Source: an uncultured Acidobacteriota bacterium
GTDB taxonomy: Bacteria; Acidobacteriota; Thermoanaerobaculia; Gp7-AA8
DNA: 64,000 nt
Direction: 5' to 3'
Assembly: GCA_963822445.1 (NCBI GenBank)
Contig: CAWGHO010000001.1
Span: 1,152,001-1,216,000 of the forward strand
This document shows positions 60,265-64,000 of this stretch, piece by piece. Position 1 is the first letter of the stretch. Each line of letters opens with the position of its first letter. A program made the translations under genes and the position numbers. The notes beneath the pieces were generated by a model that was given only the letters and a program-made list of their open reading frames with translations, was not told the origin of the DNA and searched no databases.

Positions 60265-61594
60265 AAGTTTTCGCTTTCTCCACCTTCTCCAACGCCACCT
60301 TCATCCCGTCCTTCAGCTTCCTGGAAATGGCCGTGTACGAGCCGGAGACGATCTCGTCGCCGCTCTTGATGCCGGACTTGATCTCGATGAAGGTGTCGTC
60401 GGCGATGCCGGTCTCGACTTTCTGCATCTTCACGATGTCGCCGTTTTTCACGAAGACGACTCGCTGCAGTTTGAGGCGCTGGGCGCGTTCTTTCTGTTTC
60501 TCCAGCGTTTCGTTGGCGACGTCGGCGCGGTTGTCGTCCTTGTCCCGCGCGGCCTGGGCCACGCGCTGCCGCTCCAGCTCCTCGGGCGAGAGATCGGTAT
60601 CGGTGCTGCGCACGGTCACGCTCTGAATCGGCACGGCGATCACGTTCTTCACCGTGGCGGTCTCGATGTCCGCGGTCGTGCTCATGCCCGGGCGGAGTCG
60701 CACGGAGCGATCGGGGATGCTGATCTTGACCTCGAAATTCGTGACCTCTTCCTGCGTGCCGGCGTTGCGGGTGAGCGCGGTGCTGGCGATCTCGCGCACG
60801 ACGCCGCGGATCTCGCGGTCGGGATAGGCATCGACGCTGATGCGCGCCGAATCGCCGACCTTCACGTCGACGACGTCGTTCTCGTTGACGTTGACCCGCG
60901 CTTCCATGTGATCGAGATCGGCGATGCGCATGACTTCCGTGCCGGCGAACTGGCTCGTGCCGACGACGCGCTCGCCGACGCGGCTGGTCAGCGAACTGAT
61001 GGTGCCGTTCGCCGGCGCGTAAATGACGGTCTTCGACAGCGATTCATTGATCTGCCGCAACGCTCCCTCGGCCTGCTGGATCTGGAACCGCGCCGAGTCC
61101 AGCGCCGCTTTCGCGCCGTCGTACGCGGTCTTCGCGGCGTTGAGCTCGGATGCGGAGGTGAGTCCGCCTTCGTGGAGCTTCTGGATGCGCCGGTATTCGT
61201 TCTCGAACTTTTCGAGCTCCGCGCGATTGCGAACGCTTGCCGACCGCGCGCCGTTGAGCGCGGCCATCGACGACTCGACCTGCGCGCGATAGGTATCGGG
61301 CTTGATGCGCAGCAACATCTGTCCGCGCTGCACGACCTGCCCTTCCTTGACCGTGATCTCGACGATCTCGCCGGACACTTCCGGCGCGATCTTCACCTCG
61401 ACCTCCGGCTGGATCTTCCCCGTCGCCGTCACGACCTCGGTGAGGTTGGTGACGAAGGCCTTGTCCGTCGTCACGAGGACAGGCTTTTCCTTCTTGCGCG
61501 ATGCCGCCACCGCGGCGACGACGCCGGCGAGCAGGACGATCACACCAATGATCCAGTACAGCTTTTTCCGCGAACGTCTCGGACCTTCAGCCAT
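60263..61594 (-). CDS. MacA/HlyD-family periplasmic adaptor subunit
   Basis: N-terminal TM; ATGKIQP...VSGEI..I.VKEGQ.V.RGQ; YAPANGTI; LRPGMS. Confidence 0.92.
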   Translation of the reverse strand: MAEGPRRSRKKLYWIIGVIVLLAGVVAAVAASRKKEKPVLVTTDKAFVTNLTEVVTATGKIQPEVEVKIAPEVSGEIVEITVKEGQVVQRGQMLLRIKPDTYRAQVESSMAALNGARSASVRNRAELEKFENEYRRIQKLHEGGLTSASELNAAKTAYDGAKAALDSARFQIQQAEGALRQINESLSKTVIYAPANGTISSLTSRVGERVVGTSQFAGTEVMRIADLDHMEARVNVNENDVVDVKVGDSARISVDAYPDREIRGVVREIASTALTRNAGTQEEVTNFEVKISIPDRSVRLRPGMSTTADIETATVKNVIAVPIQSVTVRSTDTDLSPEELERQRVAQAARDKDDNRADVANETLEKQKERAQRLKLQRVVFVKNGDIVKMQKVETGIADDTFIEIKSGIKSGDEIVSGSYTAISRKLKDGMKVALEKVEKAKT

Positions 61595-61673
61595 GTCGAT
61601 GACTCCGTAACGGCATTATCTGTTTTGAGCATACGAGGACCGCGGGAAAACGTTCCAGACTAGACTTATTCGC

Positions 61674-62582
61674 ATGATCCTGGCGGCGATTGCGACCTGG
61701 CTGACTCTGGCGCCAGTGCTCGTCCCGCGGCAGGAAGTGGCGGTCGCGGCGGTCAACGGGAAGGTCTACCTGATCGGCGGGATCGCCGCGGATCAATCCA
61801 TCCTCGATTCCGTCGAGGAGTACGACCCGGCCACGAATTCCTGGCGCTTCATCGCGCCGCTGCCACGGCCGCGGCATCACACGGCGGCGACGGTCGTCGG
61901 AACGGACATCTACGTGATCGGCGGTTTCGGTCCGTTCGGCTTCCAGCCCGAGCGCAACGTGTATCGATACGAGTCGCGGTCGGGCCAATGGTCGGAAGTT
62001 GCGCCGTTGCCGGTATCGCGCGGCGCTCTCGCGGCGGTGACGATCGAGGGGAAGATCTACGCGGTCGGTGGCGTCCCGGGTTCCGGTCGCGATCTGACGA
62101 TGTACGACCCGACTACGAACACGTGGACATCGCGGGCGTCGATGCCCACCGGGCGCGAGCACCTTTCCGCGGCGACGATCGACGGGAAGTTGTACGTGGC
62201 GGGCGGACGGCTTGGCGCGAATACGGATGCGTTCGAGCGATACGACCCCGTCACGAACACGTGGACGGTGTTGCCACCGCTTCCGACCGCGCGCGGCGGA
62301 CTCGCGGCGGCGGCTGTCGGGTCCCGGATTTACGTGTTTGGCGGGGAAGGCAATCCATCAACGGCGACGGGCGTGTTCGAAGAGAACGAATCGTTCGATG
62401 TGGTCAGCGGGACGTGGCGAGCCGAGGTGCCGATGGCCTTTCCGCGACATGGCATCGGCGCGGTGTCGATCGGGAATCGCATCTACATTCCGGGAGGTGC
62501 GCCGGTGCAGGGATTCGGCACGACGAACGTGCACGATGTGCTGGTGATCGACGCGCCGCGGCGAAGGTCAGTGCGGAAGTAG
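61674..62582 (+). CDS. Kelch-repeat protein
   Basis: Six GKxYxxGG...YDP.TN.W...P repeats; C-terminal RRRSVRK. Confidence 0.9.
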   Translation: MILAAIATWLTLAPVLVPRQEVAVAAVNGKVYLIGGIAADQSILDSVEEYDPATNSWRFIAPLPRPRHHTAATVVGTDIYVIGGFGPFGFQPERNVYRYESRSGQWSEVAPLPVSRGALAAVTIEGKIYAVGGVPGSGRDLTMYDPTTNTWTSRASMPTGREHLSAATIDGKLYVAGGRLGANTDAFERYDPVTNTWTVLPPLPTARGGLAAAAVGSRIYVFGGEGNPSTATGVFEENESFDVVSGTWRAEVPMAFPRHGIGAVSIGNRIYIPGGAPVQGFGTTNVHDVLVIDAPRRRSVRK

Positions 62583-62584
62583 GA

Positions 62585-62655
62585 GGGGAGCGGCCGTCCC
62601 GGCCGCATGCGCGGGGCATGATGCCCCGCGCGTGCGAGCGGGACGCTCGCTCCCC
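62585..62655. repeat. REP-like nested palindrome between convergent genes
   Basis: GGGGAGCGGCCGTCCCGGCCGC...GCGAGCGGGACGCTCGCTCCCC with an inner CGCGGGGCAT-G-ATGCCCCGCG hairpin. Confidence 0.7.
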
Positions 62656-63405
62656 TTACACAACCGCTCCCATGTTCTCCTCGAGGTGCTTCACCTTCGA
62701 GGTCCCCGGAATCGGCAACATCACCGGCGATCGCTCGAGGAGCCATTGCAGCGCCTCGCGCGCCGATACCTTCAGTTTCCCCACCTGCAGCGGATACCAG
62801 GGGATGAAGGCGATGTTCTCGCGCTCGCAGTAATCGAGGACGTTCTCCCACTCACGGTCTTCGAGGTTGTAGCGGTTCTGCACGGACACGACATTGAAGT
62901 GTTTCCGCGCGCGCTCGATCTGCTCGATGGTCACTTCGGAAAGACCGAGGTGGCGGACCTTGCCTTCGCGCTGAAACTCGACCAGCGCGCCGAACTGCTC
63001 CTCCTCGGGGACCTCGTCGTCGATGCGATGCAGTTGAAAGAGATCGATCCGGTCGAGCTTCAGCCGCCGCAGGCTTCCTTCGAGACCTTCGCGCAGCCGC
63101 TCGGGCCGGCAATTCACGACCCACTCGCCCGGACCGGGACGATCGAAGCCGGACTTAGTCGCGATCACCAGCCCATCCGGATACGGATGCAGCGCTTCGG
63201 CGATCAACTCCTCCGAAACGTACGGGCCGTACGACTCCGCGGTGTCGATGAGGTTGACGCCGAGCTCCACCGCGCGGCGCAGGACCGCCAGCGCTTCCTC
63301 GCGATCGCGCGGCGGTCCCCACACCCCTTCACCGGTGATGCGCATGGCGCCGAAACCGAGGCGGCGGACGGGAAGATCGTTGCCGAGGAGAAAGGTGTCG
63401 TTCAC
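62656..63405 (-). CDS. Aldo/keto reductase
   Basis: [45 protein letters not shown]. Confidence 0.93.
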   Translation of the reverse strand: MNDTFLLGNDLPVRRLGFGAMRITGEGVWGPPRDREEALAVLRRAVELGVNLIDTAESYGPYVSEELIAEALHPYPDGLVIATKSGFDRPGPGEWVVNCRPERLREGLEGSLRRLKLDRIDLFQLHRIDDEVPEEEQFGALVEFQREGKVRHLGLSEVTIEQIERARKHFNVVSVQNRYNLEDREWENVLDYCERENIAFIPWYPLQVGKLKVSAREALQWLLERSPVMLPIPGTSKVKHLEENMGAVV

Positions 63406-64000
63406 TTCCGCGGAACTATAACCGTCGCCGTCTTCGTCGCGGCATTGCCCGAGGCATCCTTCACTTCGACAGTGATCGTGTACGTGCGGCCGGGGCCTTT
63501 GCCCCCGCGTTCCGCGCGCAGCTCGATGGTCAGAGATCCGGTGATGTTGATGTCGTTCGCCGTGTCGCCGTCGCCGAGTCCGTTGTCAGGCTCGCTGCTG
63601 GTGACGCTGATGATCCTCGCGACCGGCGCGGGATCGACGTCGTCCATCGCGAAGACGCTCACCGTGACCGGCACCATCTTGTGATTCGGAACACTGAGCA
63701 CTGAAGGCGATGGCGTGACGCTGACGATCACCGGCGCCGTCGTATCAGTCGGGGTCGGATTGATCTGAAGAGCGTAGTGATCCGTGCTGCAGCCACCGAT
63801 CGTGTGCAACTCGTCGTCGTCGAAAACAGCCGCGTAGTTGCCGGCCTGCGGCGGCGCGGGCGCGACCTGCGTCCACGTTCCACCGTTCAGGCGATACACG
63901 CCGGCATCGAGCAGGACGTGAAGGTCGCCGCCGACCACACCGCCCGCGTAAGCGTTGCTCGCGAGCGGCAGGGCCGGGCCGCTGCTCCAGGTGCCGATCA
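63402..64000 (-). CDS. Kelch-like repeat protein with C-terminal Ig-like domain (partial, 5' end beyond window)
   Basis: W..GPALP/GG repeats, then DTTAPVI...[10 protein letters not shown]...[18 protein letters not shown]...DASGN. Confidence 0.75.
   Translation of the reverse strand, partial: IGTWSSGPALPLASNAYAGGVVGGDLHVLLDAGVYRLNGGTWTQVAPAPPQAGNYAAVFDDDELHTIGGCSTDHYALQINPTPTDTTAPVIVSVTPSPSVLSVPNHKMVPVTVSVFAMDDVDPAPVARIISVTSSEPDNGLGDGDTANDINITGSLTIELRAERGGKGPGRTYTITVEVKDASGNAATKTATVIVPRK

Overview
GC-rich bacterial chromosomal window; gene content is compatible with Acidobacteriota/Thermoanaerobaculia, but that is inference only. The first 18.4 kb hold 11 paralogous, signal-peptide-bearing ~410-465 aa proteins of unknown function in tandem arrays (8 copies at 221-10978, 3 at 14371-18446). 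They share a Cys-bracketed scaffold with a hypervariable loop, show mosaic recombination and are mostly translationally coupled. Three promoters in front of the arrays share a TTGAC-N4-ATGCTG-N3-C(A/G)GCAT architecture. A BlaI / M56-HEAT / serine-hydrolase cassette with its own ATGTYA-N6-TGACAT operator splits the arrays. Downstream are an IS110 element with a structured non-coding end, two ABC-F ATPases, esterases, a copper amine oxidase, an ECF sigma with an anti-sigma/alkyltransferase/Ada fusion, alpha-2-macroglobulin, a PIN toxin-antitoxin pair, a poly-HAMP hybrid kinase-cheR-cheB-kinase operon, a propeller sensor kinase, MacAB-like transporter genes, Kelch proteins and several REP-like palindromes. 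Several genes carry frameshifts that look like assembly indels. All calls come from reading motifs by eye; no database searches were run.
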